From Acutalibacteraceae bacterium (GTDB lineage: Bacteria > Bacillota > Clostridia > Oscillospirales > Acutalibacteraceae): DNA of 64,000 nt. Position 1 is the stretch's first letter, and the number at the start of each line of letters is the position of its first letter. The notes under the pieces were generated by a model, which saw only the letters and a program-made list of their open reading frames with translations, did no database searches and was not told where the DNA came from. Below, one piece after another: positions 30,352 through 39,444 of the stretch. A program made the translations under genes and the position numbers. The DNA is taken from positions 2,378 to 66,377 of the forward strand of contig JAXJSP010000039.1 of NCBI GenBank assembly GCA_036310005.1. Direction: 5' to 3'.

Positions 30352-31677
30352 ATGGAATACAAAAAAAGACAAACGAAAAAGGTTAAATTACCCAAAGATA
30401 AAAAACAATCAAAACAAAAAAACACCGTAAAACTTCCTCAGGAAAAACAAGAAGAAAAAATCACGCAAATTAAAATGGAGCAAAAGACTTCAAAAGCCAA
30501 TAAAGATATTGAAAGAAAGCCTGCAAATATAAAAGAACAAAAACCTGTTTTTAAAAAAATCAAAGGCGGAAGTAAATTCAAGTTTTCAAAAACTTTTAAA
30601 ACATCTGCAGTTTGCATATTACTGGTACTTGTTGTTTTAATTTTTCAAATTGCAACACCCACGGGAATATATGATTTTGTTCAAAATTCGCTTGCAAGTA
30701 TAGGCGGAACCAATAATATGCCTGTAAATGTCCCGGGCAACAAATCAATCGGCGTGTTTACTGACAATAATATAGTACACGCGCTTACCGACACAACGCT
30801 ATATTCATATAATTCATCAGGCAAAGAAATTAATTTTATACAGCACGGTTATATGTCACCCTGTCTTGTAACTACAGGTCAAAGAACTTTAATTTATGAC
30901 AGAGGTAACACAGGCATCAGAGTTGACTCATTATATACAAATTATATTAATAAGAATTTTGATGAGAAAATCTACACTGCCGATTTGAGCGAAAACGGTC
31001 GTTTGGCTGTTGTTAGCACAAAGGATAATTACACTTGTCAGTTACAAGTTTTTGAAAAAAATTATGAAGATTTAATTGTTGCATATTCTTCTGCCGACCA
31101 ACATATTAGTTGTGTAAAATTATCGAGCAACGGAAAATATGCAGTATTTTCCGCTTTATCTGTTAAAAACGGTGCATATTGCTCTACTGTAAAAATATTA
31201 AACACATTGTCACAGGAAATTATTAAAGAATTTGAAATTAAAAATATGATGATTAACAAAATGGAGGTAACTTCATCTTGTGTTTTTGTTCAAGGTTCAA
31301 ACAGAATGTTTACTTTCAATTGGAAAGGCGAAGACTTAAAGGAATACGATTATGCGGATATGTCATATTTTATACAAAATGACAATGATACTGTATGTGT
31401 AGTTCATCATCCCTCCGGAGATGCAAGAACCTCAGAAATAGAAGTGTTTAATAAAAACGGTAAAAAACTGTTTGAAGTCAAATCATCAGGCACTTTATCG
31501 GGTGTTTGTTCATCAAAAAATCGCATATATACTTTAATAGACAACAAAATTTATGAATATAATAATAAATCTGAAATTGTGAATGAATTTACAACCGGTT
31601 ATCAATATAATTCCGTAGCTCAATATAAAGACGGTGTAATTTGTATTTCTGATATGAAAATTAATTACTATAAATAG
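30352..31677 (+). CDS. Hypothetical membrane-anchored protein (Lys-rich N-terminus, one TM, beta-rich C-domain; DUF5711-like)
   Basis: 441 aa. About 90 highly basic residues, a TM helix AVCILLVLVVLIF, then a repetitive beta-strand-like region. SD ggaggt. Confidence 0.5.
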   Translation: MEYKKRQTKKVKLPKDKKQSKQKNTVKLPQEKQEEKITQIKMEQKTSKANKDIERKPANIKEQKPVFKKIKGGSKFKFSKTFKTSAVCILLVLVVLIFQIATPTGIYDFVQNSLASIGGTNNMPVNVPGNKSIGVFTDNNIVHALTDTTLYSYNSSGKEINFIQHGYMSPCLVTTGQRTLIYDRGNTGIRVDSLYTNYINKNFDEKIYTADLSENGRLAVVSTKDNYTCQLQVFEKNYEDLIVAYSSADQHISCVKLSSNGKYAVFSALSVKNGAYCSTVKILNTLSQEIIKEFEIKNMMINKMEVTSSCVFVQGSNRMFTFNWKGEDLKEYDYADMSYFIQNDNDTVCVVHHPSGDARTSEIEVFNKNGKKLFEVKSSGTLSGVCSSKNRIYTLIDNKIYEYNNKSEIVNEFTTGYQYNSVAQYKDGVICISDMKINYYK

Positions 31678-31686
31678 GAGAATTTT

Positions 31687-32376
31687 ATGACAATTGTTCT
31701 TGATTTAATTATTATTGGTGTTATAATTTTAAATATATTTTTAGGTTCCAAACGAGGCTTTATGCGAGTAGCAATTGAACTTGCAGGATTTGCTGCGGTT
31801 TTACTTATTGCTGTTTGGGCATCAAACAATCTTGCCGAGCCTATTTATAATGATAATTTCAAACAAGGTGTAGAAACTAAAATATCCGAAACCATAACTG
31901 TTGACTTAGATGTAAGCAGCGCTTACAAATCTTTGCCCGAATTTGTCACATATATTTTAAAAATGCAGAACATCGATGAACAAACTATTGAGCAGTATAT
32001 CAACAGCCAGATTGATAAGGGCGCAGAGTCGGTTGCTCCTGCTGTTGCAGATTATGTTGTCAAGCCGATAGTGACATCCGTTATTTCTGCTGTTTTAATG
32101 TTAGCAATATTCCTTATAGGTATGTTTCTTATTAAACTGCTCGCAAAATGGGTAAACTCTTTAATTAAAAAGACGCCTTTTGTCGGTAAAATCAATTCAG
32201 TTTTAGGTGCGGTTGTCGGCTTATTAAAAGGTGTTGTTATATCAATGGCAATTATCTGGATATTAGGTGCAATAACAAGCGTCCTACCAAACGGTATTTT
32301 ATCAATAACACACGATACGGTTGAAAATGCATATATTTGCGGTATTATAAATGATTTAAACCCACTTGTAGATTGA
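31687..32376 (+). CDS. cvpA: CvpA-family membrane protein
   Basis: Starts with a TM helix followed by GSKRGFMR; four TM segments. Confidence 0.7.
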   Translation: MTIVLDLIIIGVIILNIFLGSKRGFMRVAIELAGFAAVLLIAVWASNNLAEPIYNDNFKQGVETKISETITVDLDVSSAYKSLPEFVTYILKMQNIDEQTIEQYINSQIDKGAESVAPAVADYVVKPIVTSVISAVLMLAIFLIGMFLIKLLAKWVNSLIKKTPFVGKINSVLGAVVGLLKGVVISMAIIWILGAITSVLPNGILSITHDTVENAYICGIINDLNPLVD

Positions 32377-32409
32377 GGATAATGAATAATAAAAAGCAGG
32401 AGAGAAAAA

Positions 32410-32970
32410 ATGAAAAAAGTTTTTAACATTCCTAACACCTTATCTGTCATCAGAATTTTATTAGTACCATTAATAGTTTGGACTTATTTTGATGAAAGCA
32501 TTACAAATCACATGATTATTTCAATAGTTCTTGTTATTATATCCGGACTTACCGATGTTATAGACGGAATTATTGCAAGAAAATTTAATATGATTACCGA
32601 TGTCGGAAAAACTCTTGACCCGATTGCAGATAAACTTACACAATTTACTGTGTCTATTTGTATTTCAATTACACATCCTATTATGTTGTGGATAGTGGGT
32701 ATTATTTTCGGAAAAGAATTAATTACACTAATCGGTACAATTATATTTGTAAACAAAGTAAAAAAGACTCCGCAAGCTAAATGGTGGGGTAAACTTGCTA
32801 CCGTAATTTTATTTATAACATTAATAACATTTATGGTGGCCGATGCATTTACAATAAATACATTCTGGATTGACGAAGTAGAATTTGTACTCGTATCATT
32901 ATGTATCGCTTCCCTTGCGTTTTCTTTCTTAAATTATATTTTGGTATATATTGCAGGAAGTAAAAAATAG
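32410..32970 (+). CDS. CDP-alcohol phosphatidyltransferase family protein
   Basis: DG(x2)AR(x8)G(x3)D(x3)D motif: DVIDGIIARKFNMITDVGKTLDPIADK. Confidence 0.85.
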   Translation: MKKVFNIPNTLSVIRILLVPLIVWTYFDESITNHMIISIVLVIISGLTDVIDGIIARKFNMITDVGKTLDPIADKLTQFTVSICISITHPIMLWIVGIIFGKELITLIGTIIFVNKVKKTPQAKWWGKLATVILFITLITFMVADAFTINTFWIDEVEFVLVSLCIASLAFSFLNYILVYIAGSKK

Positions 32971-33002
32971 GCATTAATTAACGAAAGTGAGAAAACTAAC
33001 TA

Positions 33003-35297
33003 ATGATGAAACTATGCAGCAAATGTAATAAAAGGCCTGCTATGATTTTTGTTCAGCGCGGTGACGGAGTTCAAGGTGAGCCTCAGGGGTTTTGCATAAC
33101 CTGTGCAAAAGAACTCGGTATTAAGCCGATTGACGATATGTTAAAGCAAATGAACATCCCCGAAGAAGATTTTAACGCTATGGCAGAACAATTGACTGAG
33201 CAAATGAATAATCTTGTTGTACCTGACGGTGAAAGCGAAGAAGATTTTGAAATCGGCGGTGCTCAATCTATGAATTTTTTACAGCAACTTTTCGGCGGTA
33301 ATAATCAGACTGATAACAGCACATCCCCAAAGGGTGAAGAAAAATCTCAAAAAAAGACAAACAATGAGAAGAAAAAGAAATATTTAAATTCATACTGCAC
33401 TAATTTGACAAGCAAAGCAAAAGAAGGCGCTATTGATAAAATCATAGGCAGAACTCGGGAAATTGACCGTGTTATACAGATATTGTCCCGTCGTTCTAAA
33501 AATAATCCTTGTCTTATAGGTGAGCCGGGTGTCGGTAAAACTGCAATCGCAGAAGGACTTGCTCAAAAAATTGTTGACGGTCAAGTACCAGCTCGTTTAT
33601 TTGATAAGGAAATATATTTGCTTGATTTGACTGCTTTAGTTGCCGGAACGCAATTCAGAGGTCAGTTTGAAAGCAGGGTTAAAGGCTTAATTGATGAAAT
33701 CAAGCATTTTGGTAACATTATATTATTTATAGATGAAGTTCATAATATGGTAGGTGCCGGCGACTCCGCTGAAGGCTCTATGAATGCAGCAAATATATTA
33801 AAACCCGCCCTTTCAAGAGGAGAAATTCAGGTAATCGGTGCAACTACTTTTAAAGAATACAGAAAGTATATAGAAAAAGATGCTGCACTTGAAAGAAGAT
33901 TTCAGCCTGTTACGGTTGAAGAACCGAGCATTGAACAAACAACGCAAATGCTATTAGGTGTTAAGCATTATTACGAGGCTTATCACGGTGTAGTTTTAAG
34001 TGATGAAATTATCAAAAAAGCAGTAGTTTTATCGGAAAGATATATTAATGACAGATTTTTACCCGACAAGGCTATTGACTTGATTGACGAGGCAAGCGCT
34101 GCGACCTCTTTGAGAAACAAGGCTGTTGATGAACTTGCAGGTTACACCCGCTCATTAAAAGACATACAAATTGAAGAAGAGGAAGAAACCTCAAAAGTTG
34201 AAAATGTAAATTATGAAAAACTTGCATCTTTGCGCTCACAGATAGTGCAATTGCAAGAAAAAATCAATGAGATTTCTCCGAAAGCCGGAATACAGACGGA
34301 AGTAACCGATGATGATTTAGCAAAAGTTATTGAACTCTGGACCGGTATTCCCGCATCAAAAGTTAAAGAAAGCGATCTTAAAAAACTTGCTTTACTTGAA
34401 GAAAATATTAAAAAGCATATTATCGGTCAGGACAATGCAGTAGAGGAAATCTGTGCTGCTGTAAGGCGCTCAAGGGTACAGATTAACCCTGTCAGAAAAC
34501 CGGCATCTTTTATATTCGTAGGTCCCACCGGTGTCGGAAAAACCGAACTTGTAAAAGTGCTTGCAAATGAATTATTCAGTTCACCCGAAACGCTGATAAG
34601 ACTTGATATGACTGAATTTATGGAAAAACATTCTGTATCAAAAATAATCGGCGCCCCTCCGGGATATGTCGGATACGACGAGGCAGGACAACTTACGGAA
34701 AAAGTAAGAAGAAAACCTTATTCGGTCTTACTGTTTGATGAAATTGAAAAAGCGCATCCAGATGTACTGAATATATTATTGCAGATTTTAGACGAAGGCA
34801 GAATTACCGATGCACAAGGCAGAGTGGTTAATTTTGAAAATACTGTAATTGTAATGACATCTAATGCAGGAAGCGAGCAAAAAGGCGGCTCTGTTGGTTT
34901 TGGTAAAACAAGTTATGATATGACCAAAGAAAAGGTTATGAAATCACTTGAAGAATTTTTAAGACCGGAATTTTTAGGCAGAGTTGACGAAATCATTATC
35001 TTTTCATCATTAACTAATGAAAATTTAGAGAAAATCGCAGCCCTTATGTTAGATAAACTGACTCCTGTACTTTTAGAAAAAGGAATTCGTTTTAAATATA
35101 CACCTGAGGTTTGTAAAGTTCTTGCATCGATGTGCGACGGACAAACAAGAGGAGCAAGAGATTTAAGAAAAGTCATCCGCAAAGAAGTTGAAGATAAGAT
35201 TTCTTCTGCAATAATTGAAAAATGTGATGAAAAAATCGAAGGTATTGCTTTAAGTGTTGATGAAAATAAAGATAAAATTGAAATAAATATTTTATAA
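33003..35297 (+). CDS. Clp/Hsp100-type double AAA+ ATPase with N-terminal CxxC...CxxC zinc-ribbon-like module
   Basis: Walker A motifs GEPGVGKTAIAEG and GPTGVGKTELVK. N-terminus is CSKCNKRPAMIFVQ...FCITCAKELG rather than Clp_N repeats. Confidence 0.85.
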   Translation: MMKLCSKCNKRPAMIFVQRGDGVQGEPQGFCITCAKELGIKPIDDMLKQMNIPEEDFNAMAEQLTEQMNNLVVPDGESEEDFEIGGAQSMNFLQQLFGGNNQTDNSTSPKGEEKSQKKTNNEKKKKYLNSYCTNLTSKAKEGAIDKIIGRTREIDRVIQILSRRSKNNPCLIGEPGVGKTAIAEGLAQKIVDGQVPARLFDKEIYLLDLTALVAGTQFRGQFESRVKGLIDEIKHFGNIILFIDEVHNMVGAGDSAEGSMNAANILKPALSRGEIQVIGATTFKEYRKYIEKDAALERRFQPVTVEEPSIEQTTQMLLGVKHYYEAYHGVVLSDEIIKKAVVLSERYINDRFLPDKAIDLIDEASAATSLRNKAVDELAGYTRSLKDIQIEEEEETSKVENVNYEKLASLRSQIVQLQEKINEISPKAGIQTEVTDDDLAKVIELWTGIPASKVKESDLKKLALLEENIKKHIIGQDNAVEEICAAVRRSRVQINPVRKPASFIFVGPTGVGKTELVKVLANELFSSPETLIRLDMTEFMEKHSVSKIIGAPPGYVGYDEAGQLTEKVRRKPYSVLLFDEIEKAHPDVLNILLQILDEGRITDAQGRVVNFENTVIVMTSNAGSEQKGGSVGFGKTSYDMTKEKVMKSLEEFLRPEFLGRVDEIIIFSSLTNENLEKIAALMLDKLTPVLLEKGIRFKYTPEVCKVLASMCDGQTRGARDLRKVIRKEVEDKISSAIIEKCDEKIEGIALSVDENKDKIEINIL

Positions 35298-35301
35298 ACA
35301 C

Positions 35302-35330
35302 TTGACATCGCGACGAATAAGTGATAAAAT
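35302..35330 (+). promoter_or_regulatory. Sigma-A promoter for tRNA-Gly
   Basis: TTGACA, 17 nt spacer, TAAAAT with a TG extension, about 18 nt before the tRNA 5' end. Confidence 0.6.
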
Positions 35331-35348
35331 ACAATTCGTCGCAGATAT

Positions 35349-35422
35349 GCGGGTGTAGTTCAATGGTAGAATGTCAGCCTTCCAAGCTGAACACGTGAGT
35401 TCGATTCTCATCACCCGCTCCA
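35349..35422 (+). tRNA. tRNA-Gly (anticodon UCC), encoded CCA
   Basis: Hand-folded cloverleaf: acceptor GCGGGTG/CACCCGC, anticodon stem TCAGC/GCTGA with loop CTTCCAA, T arm GTGAG-TTCGATT-CTCAC. Confidence 0.9.
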
Positions 35423-35428
35423 TTAAAT

Positions 35429-35465
35429 AAAAGAACACGGATAAGATTTATCCGTGTTCTTTTAT
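35429..35465. terminator. Bidirectional hairpin terminator
   Basis: gaacacggata / tatccgtgttc arms with loop agatt and flanking A/T runs. Overlaps the stop of the minus-strand phosphoesterase gene. Confidence 0.8.
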
Positions 35466-36328
35466 TTTGATTTTAAAATTGCAATTACAACTTCGGGGTT
35501 ATTATTTATTCTTGCAGGGAAAGATCTGTTGCGCAGTCCCCTGCTTACAATCATATTAGTATTGCCTTTATTATAAATTCCGCTTGTGTATTTTGGAAAC
35601 AAGCCCTGATGAGGAGCATAGAGTCCTCCGATATACGGAATTCTTATTTGACCTCCGTGGGCATGTCCGCAAAAAACAAGATTCAAGTTGTGATTGCAAT
35701 AAAGTTCGAACTTTTCAGGTCTGTGTGACAACAAAATTTTATAATTATCACTGCTGTAATCTAATGAATCAAGATAATTATTCAGATTTGTTTCATCATC
35801 GGTGTATCCGTAAAGATAACTGAAAGTCGGATCATTTACACCTAAAATATCAATCTTAGCACCGTTTTTATTTATTACCGTCTGACTGTTTTCAAGTACA
35901 GTCACATTAAAGTTGATAATCTTTGATTTAAACTCTGCGTATTCTTCCGTCAATCTATACTCATGATTACCGTTTACATAGTAAATCGGAGCATAGTTTT
36001 GTATTTGTTTTATAAAATCGACAGATATATCAACATCAGGATGATATGAGTCAATTATATCTCCGGTAATAACAATAATATCAGGAGAGTTTTTAATAAC
36101 GACATCAATTAAATCTTGATTGTTTTCTCCAAATACCGAGTTGTGCAAATCAGATATTTGCATAATTTTGAAATTATTAAATTCTTTTGGAATATTGCTG
36201 TCATTTACATAAATTTCACTTACATCTATTTTTTTATTTTCAAAATGAACATAAATACTAAGCGCTGTTATTAAAACAATTAAAATAATACTCGCAATAA
36301 TCATCGTCTTTTTTTTAATCTTTCTCAT
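35462..36328 (-). CDS. Membrane-anchored metallophosphoesterase (YkuE-like)
   Basis: SDLHNS, GDIID, GNHE and GHAHGG motifs. N-terminal TM helix. Confidence 0.85.
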   Translation of the reverse strand: MRKIKKKTMIIASIILIVLITALSIYVHFENKKIDVSEIYVNDSNIPKEFNNFKIMQISDLHNSVFGENNQDLIDVVIKNSPDIIVITGDIIDSYHPDVDISVDFIKQIQNYAPIYYVNGNHEYRLTEEYAEFKSKIINFNVTVLENSQTVINKNGAKIDILGVNDPTFSYLYGYTDDETNLNNYLDSLDYSSDNYKILLSHRPEKFELYCNHNLNLVFCGHAHGGQIRIPYIGGLYAPHQGLFPKYTSGIYNKGNTNMIVSRGLRNRSFPARINNNPEVVIAILKSK

Positions 36329-37317
36329 TGATTATCAATGCCATTCAACAAAGCATCAGCCTCGTTAGGCTCAAGTTTTTCAACATCTTTTAATTTCTTT
36401 TGAATAATTGAATTCCTTTTTTCTGCATCTTCAATTGCATTAGTTGCCTCATTAAGTTTTCTTTTTGCTTTTTCAAAATTGGCACTAAACAACTCATACT
36501 GTTGCTTTGCGGCGCCTAACACTCGCCACACCTCTGCAGCCCTTTTATCCAATGTAATTGTTCTGAAACCGACTTGCAAGGTGTTTAAAAACGCAGTAAT
36601 TGTTGTAGGTCCGCATACCATTACCCTATATTTACGCTGTATTTCCTCGCTAAGTCCGGGTATTCTTAAAACCTCTGCGTAAAGTCCCTCTGTCGGCAAA
36701 AACATTATAGCAAAATCAGTAGTTTTAGGAACATCTATGTACAGTTTTGAAATATCCGCCGCCTCGCTTTTCACAGTTCTTTCAAGGCTTTTGATACTCT
36801 CCTGAACTGCAACTCTGTCTGCATTTTCAGATGCTTGTACAAGTCTTAAATAATCTTCCTGCGGAAATTTAGAATCTATCGGTAAATATGCAAATTTTCC
36901 GTCTTCCTCTCTTGAGGGAATTTTAATGGCAAATTCTACTCTTTCGGCATTATTTTTGATTGATACATTCTTTTCATATTGGTCATTAGTTAAAATCTGT
37001 TCCAAAATGTTACCAAGTTGAATTTCGGCCCATGTGCCTCTGGCTTTAACATTAGTCAGCAGTCTTTGCAAATTGCTTACACTACTGCTTAAATTTCTCA
37101 TTTCACCGATTGATTTATATACTTCGTTTAATTGTTTTACAATATTCAGATTTACATCGTTCAAGCCTTGTCGCAGTTCTACCCTGTTCTGCCCCATTTG
37201 GTTTGAAAATTCAGTTTTTAATTTATCTTCAAGCGATTTATTATTTCTTTTTAAAAGTAAAACTACAAGTAAAACAACTGTCAGTACCAACAATGCAATA
37301 ATAATATAATCAGTCAA
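36325..37317 (-). CDS. rmuC: DNA recombination protein RmuC
   Basis: N-terminal TM helix, coiled coil and RmuC nuclease-like C-domain (FAIMFLPTEGLYAE). TTG 37315-37317 lies 5 nt after gaggtga. The ORF-track ATG at 37338 has no SD. Confidence 0.8.
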   Translation of the reverse strand: MTDYIIIALLVLTVVLLVVLLLKRNNKSLEDKLKTEFSNQMGQNRVELRQGLNDVNLNIVKQLNEVYKSIGEMRNLSSSVSNLQRLLTNVKARGTWAEIQLGNILEQILTNDQYEKNVSIKNNAERVEFAIKIPSREEDGKFAYLPIDSKFPQEDYLRLVQASENADRVAVQESIKSLERTVKSEAADISKLYIDVPKTTDFAIMFLPTEGLYAEVLRIPGLSEEIQRKYRVMVCGPTTITAFLNTLQVGFRTITLDKRAAEVWRVLGAAKQQYELFSANFEKAKRKLNEATNAIEDAEKRNSIIQKKLKDVEKLEPNEADALLNGIDNQ

Positions 37318-37450
37318 ACATATCACCTCTGTAATCATTTGGTGTCGAAATAGTGTTTTTAAAAAACTATTTTAACTATTAATAACCATTATACACAACA
37401 AATATTATAAAATCAAATTTTACAACTAAATTAAATTAAATAAAATGATA

Positions 37451-37478
37451 TTGAATTTACCGCAAATTGTGTTATACT
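37451..37478 (+). promoter_or_regulatory. Sigma-A promoter upstream of the CHAP gene leader
   Basis: TTGAAT, 16 nt spacer, TG-extended TATACT. The predicted start falls at about 37485, the first base of the left inverted repeat. Confidence 0.5.
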
Positions 37479-37484
37479 AATTAT

Positions 37485-37624
37485 GCCAAACTAATTAAAT
37501 ATGCATGGTTTTTACTGAAAACCTTATATACTTATGTATATATATTCGATAAAATCAATGAATTTGATAAAAATGCAAATTCCTTATGATTTTGTTGAAT
37601 ATAAACATGCATAATTAGTTTGGC
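37485..37624. repeat. Imperfect inverted repeat pair bounding a 98-bp AT-rich segment
   Basis: Left arm GCCAAACTAATT-aaat-ATGCATG (37485-37507). Right arm CATGCATAATTAGTTTGGC (37606-37624). That is 12+7 perfectly complementary bases with a 4-nt bulge. Confidence 0.7.
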
Positions 37625-37648
37625 GACTATCGGAGTTTGCGTTTTTTT

Positions 37649-37676
37649 GCGGTTACTTCGGTAGCCGCATTTTTTT
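37649..37676 (+). terminator. Intrinsic terminator inside the leader of the CHAP gene
   Basis: GCGGTTAC-TTCG-GTAGCCGC (8 bp, UUCG loop) followed by ATTTTTTT, 77 nt upstream of ATG 37753. Confidence 0.7.
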
Positions 37677-37752
37677 GTATAAGGAGGGTATTTTTAATTA
37701 ATCTTTAGTAATTATTGATAATTATTATTTTAAAAAATAGGAGGTTATAGAA

Positions 37753-39297
37753 ATGAAAAAAATATTATCAATTTTATCAGTCTTAATTATTATTTTTTCA
37801 ATTGCATCAACATCGACAATGATAGCAGATGCAGCATCGAATCCTTATGGGAAGTATCAAACAATTAACGGTGTTACAACTGTAAGATGCACTTGGTATG
37901 CATGGGAGCAAGCGTATTCTAATACAGGCGCAATTATGCCTAACTTTGGAAATGCAAAAAACTGGTACACATCAGCTAAAAATAATGGTTTCAAAGTGGG
38001 TTCAGAACCTAAAGCAAAATCTATTGCTGTTTGGACTGACAGTGGATATGGTCATGTAGGCTATGTTGTTAGTGTTAATGGATCTAAAATCACAGTAAAT
38101 GAGGGAGGAATGTTAAATACTAATGGACAAGCATATAATGGTACAGGTATTTTAAATGGTTCAATTTGCAATAGTGAAGTTGGAAGCAAAAAATCTAATT
38201 ATTCTTCAAAAATTTTAGTAGGATATATCTATTTGACAAATAACAGTTCTGTTAACGAAACAGTAGTATTGAAAGCAGACAAAAGTAAAAACACAATATC
38301 AAACAATAACGCTGTGCTTTGGGGCAGAGTTGACAAACCTTCAAATTACGCAGTTACAAAAATTGGAATTAAAGTTAGACAAGACAATTCTACATATAAC
38401 AAAGGTTGGGAAAAATATGAAGCACCTTCAAAATCTTATGTAGGCTATTCGTATATGTACCCATATTATGATTTAAAATCAGAATTAAATGCAAATTTAA
38501 CACATGGTACAAAGTATTATTACAGATTTTATGCAGTTGTTAATGGTAAAGAGTATTGGAGTGATGAGTATAATTTTACCACAGGTAATCACAATTATAT
38601 AAATAAAGCTGAAGCAAAATACTTAAAATCTGCGGCAACTTGCAAATCTAAAGCGGTTTACTATAAGAGTTGTTCTGTCTGCGGAGAAAAATCAACATCG
38701 ACTTTTGAATACGGAAACGTTAGTACAATACATAGCGGTGGAACACATATTAATGGTCAAAAGGATGCTACTAATGATGAAAAAGGCTATACAGGAGATA
38801 CTGTTTGTAATTCTTGCGGACAAATATTAAAAACAGGCAATTATACCAATATTCCTACTTTAATTAAGCAAAATGGAGTTTGGTATTATTATTCTGATGA
38901 AGGAAAAAAGGTAGACGAAACGACACTTTGTAAGTACAATGGTACTTGGTATTATGTTAAAAATGGAATATTAAGCAAAGACAATACATTAATCAAGTAC
39001 AATAATGTATGGTATCATGTTAAAGGGGGTAAAACTGTAAAAGATACTACTCTTGTTAAGTACAATAACGTTTGGTATTATGTTAAAAACGGAAAATTAA
39101 ATAAAGATAATACTTTGGTTAAGTACAATAATGTTTGGTATCATGTTAAAAATGGTAAAAAGATTAATGATACTACCCTCGTTAAATATAACAACAAATG
39201 GTACTATGTACAAAAAGGCAAAGTCAATTTCAAAGCAAACACAAAAGTAAATTATAACGGTAAAGTTTACACAGTCCGCAACGGTGTTGTAGTATAA
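37753..39297 (+). CDS. Secreted CHAP-domain peptidoglycan hydrolase with C-terminal 21-aa aromatic repeats
   Basis: Signal peptide. CHAP Cys/His motifs (RCTWYAWEQ, GHVGYVV). Six or seven repeats of TLVKYNNVWYYVKNGKLxKDN type. SD aggagg. Confidence 0.8.
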   Translation: MKKILSILSVLIIIFSIASTSTMIADAASNPYGKYQTINGVTTVRCTWYAWEQAYSNTGAIMPNFGNAKNWYTSAKNNGFKVGSEPKAKSIAVWTDSGYGHVGYVVSVNGSKITVNEGGMLNTNGQAYNGTGILNGSICNSEVGSKKSNYSSKILVGYIYLTNNSSVNETVVLKADKSKNTISNNNAVLWGRVDKPSNYAVTKIGIKVRQDNSTYNKGWEKYEAPSKSYVGYSYMYPYYDLKSELNANLTHGTKYYYRFYAVVNGKEYWSDEYNFTTGNHNYINKAEAKYLKSAATCKSKAVYYKSCSVCGEKSTSTFEYGNVSTIHSGGTHINGQKDATNDEKGYTGDTVCNSCGQILKTGNYTNIPTLIKQNGVWYYYSDEGKKVDETTLCKYNGTWYYVKNGILSKDNTLIKYNNVWYHVKGGKTVKDTTLVKYNNVWYYVKNGKLNKDNTLVKYNNVWYHVKNGKKINDTTLVKYNNKWYYVQKGKVNFKANTKVNYNGKVYTVRNGVVV

Positions 39298-39316
39298 TTT
39301 GAAATTAAAAATATTT

Positions 39317-39355
39317 AAGGCGGTGTGCAAAATTAATTGCACACCGCCTTTTTTT
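39317..39355 (+). terminator. Intrinsic terminator
   Basis: aaggcggtgtgcaa / ttgcacaccgcctt arms followed by a T-run. Confidence 0.85.
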
Positions 39356-39368
39356 ACTTCTAATAAAC

Positions 39369-39396
39369 TTGCATTTAATTGAGAAAATGTTATAAT
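39369..39396 (+). promoter_or_regulatory. Sigma-A promoter for the transglutaminase-like gene
   Basis: TTGCAT, 16 nt spacer, TG-extended TATAAT. Confidence 0.5.
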
Positions 39397-39444
39397 TATA
39401 ATATAAGTGGGTTTATATCTTATATTTTTTAGGAGGAACAAAGA

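Noticed and set aside
37485-37676. 6S RNA (ssrS) hypothesis for the promoter-to-terminator unit of about 190 nt with paired ends.
   Set aside because: Apart from the closing arms, the interior halves are not complementary. There is no extended irregular rod and no central bubble architecture, only short local hairpins (ggtttt/aaaacc, atcaa/ttgat).
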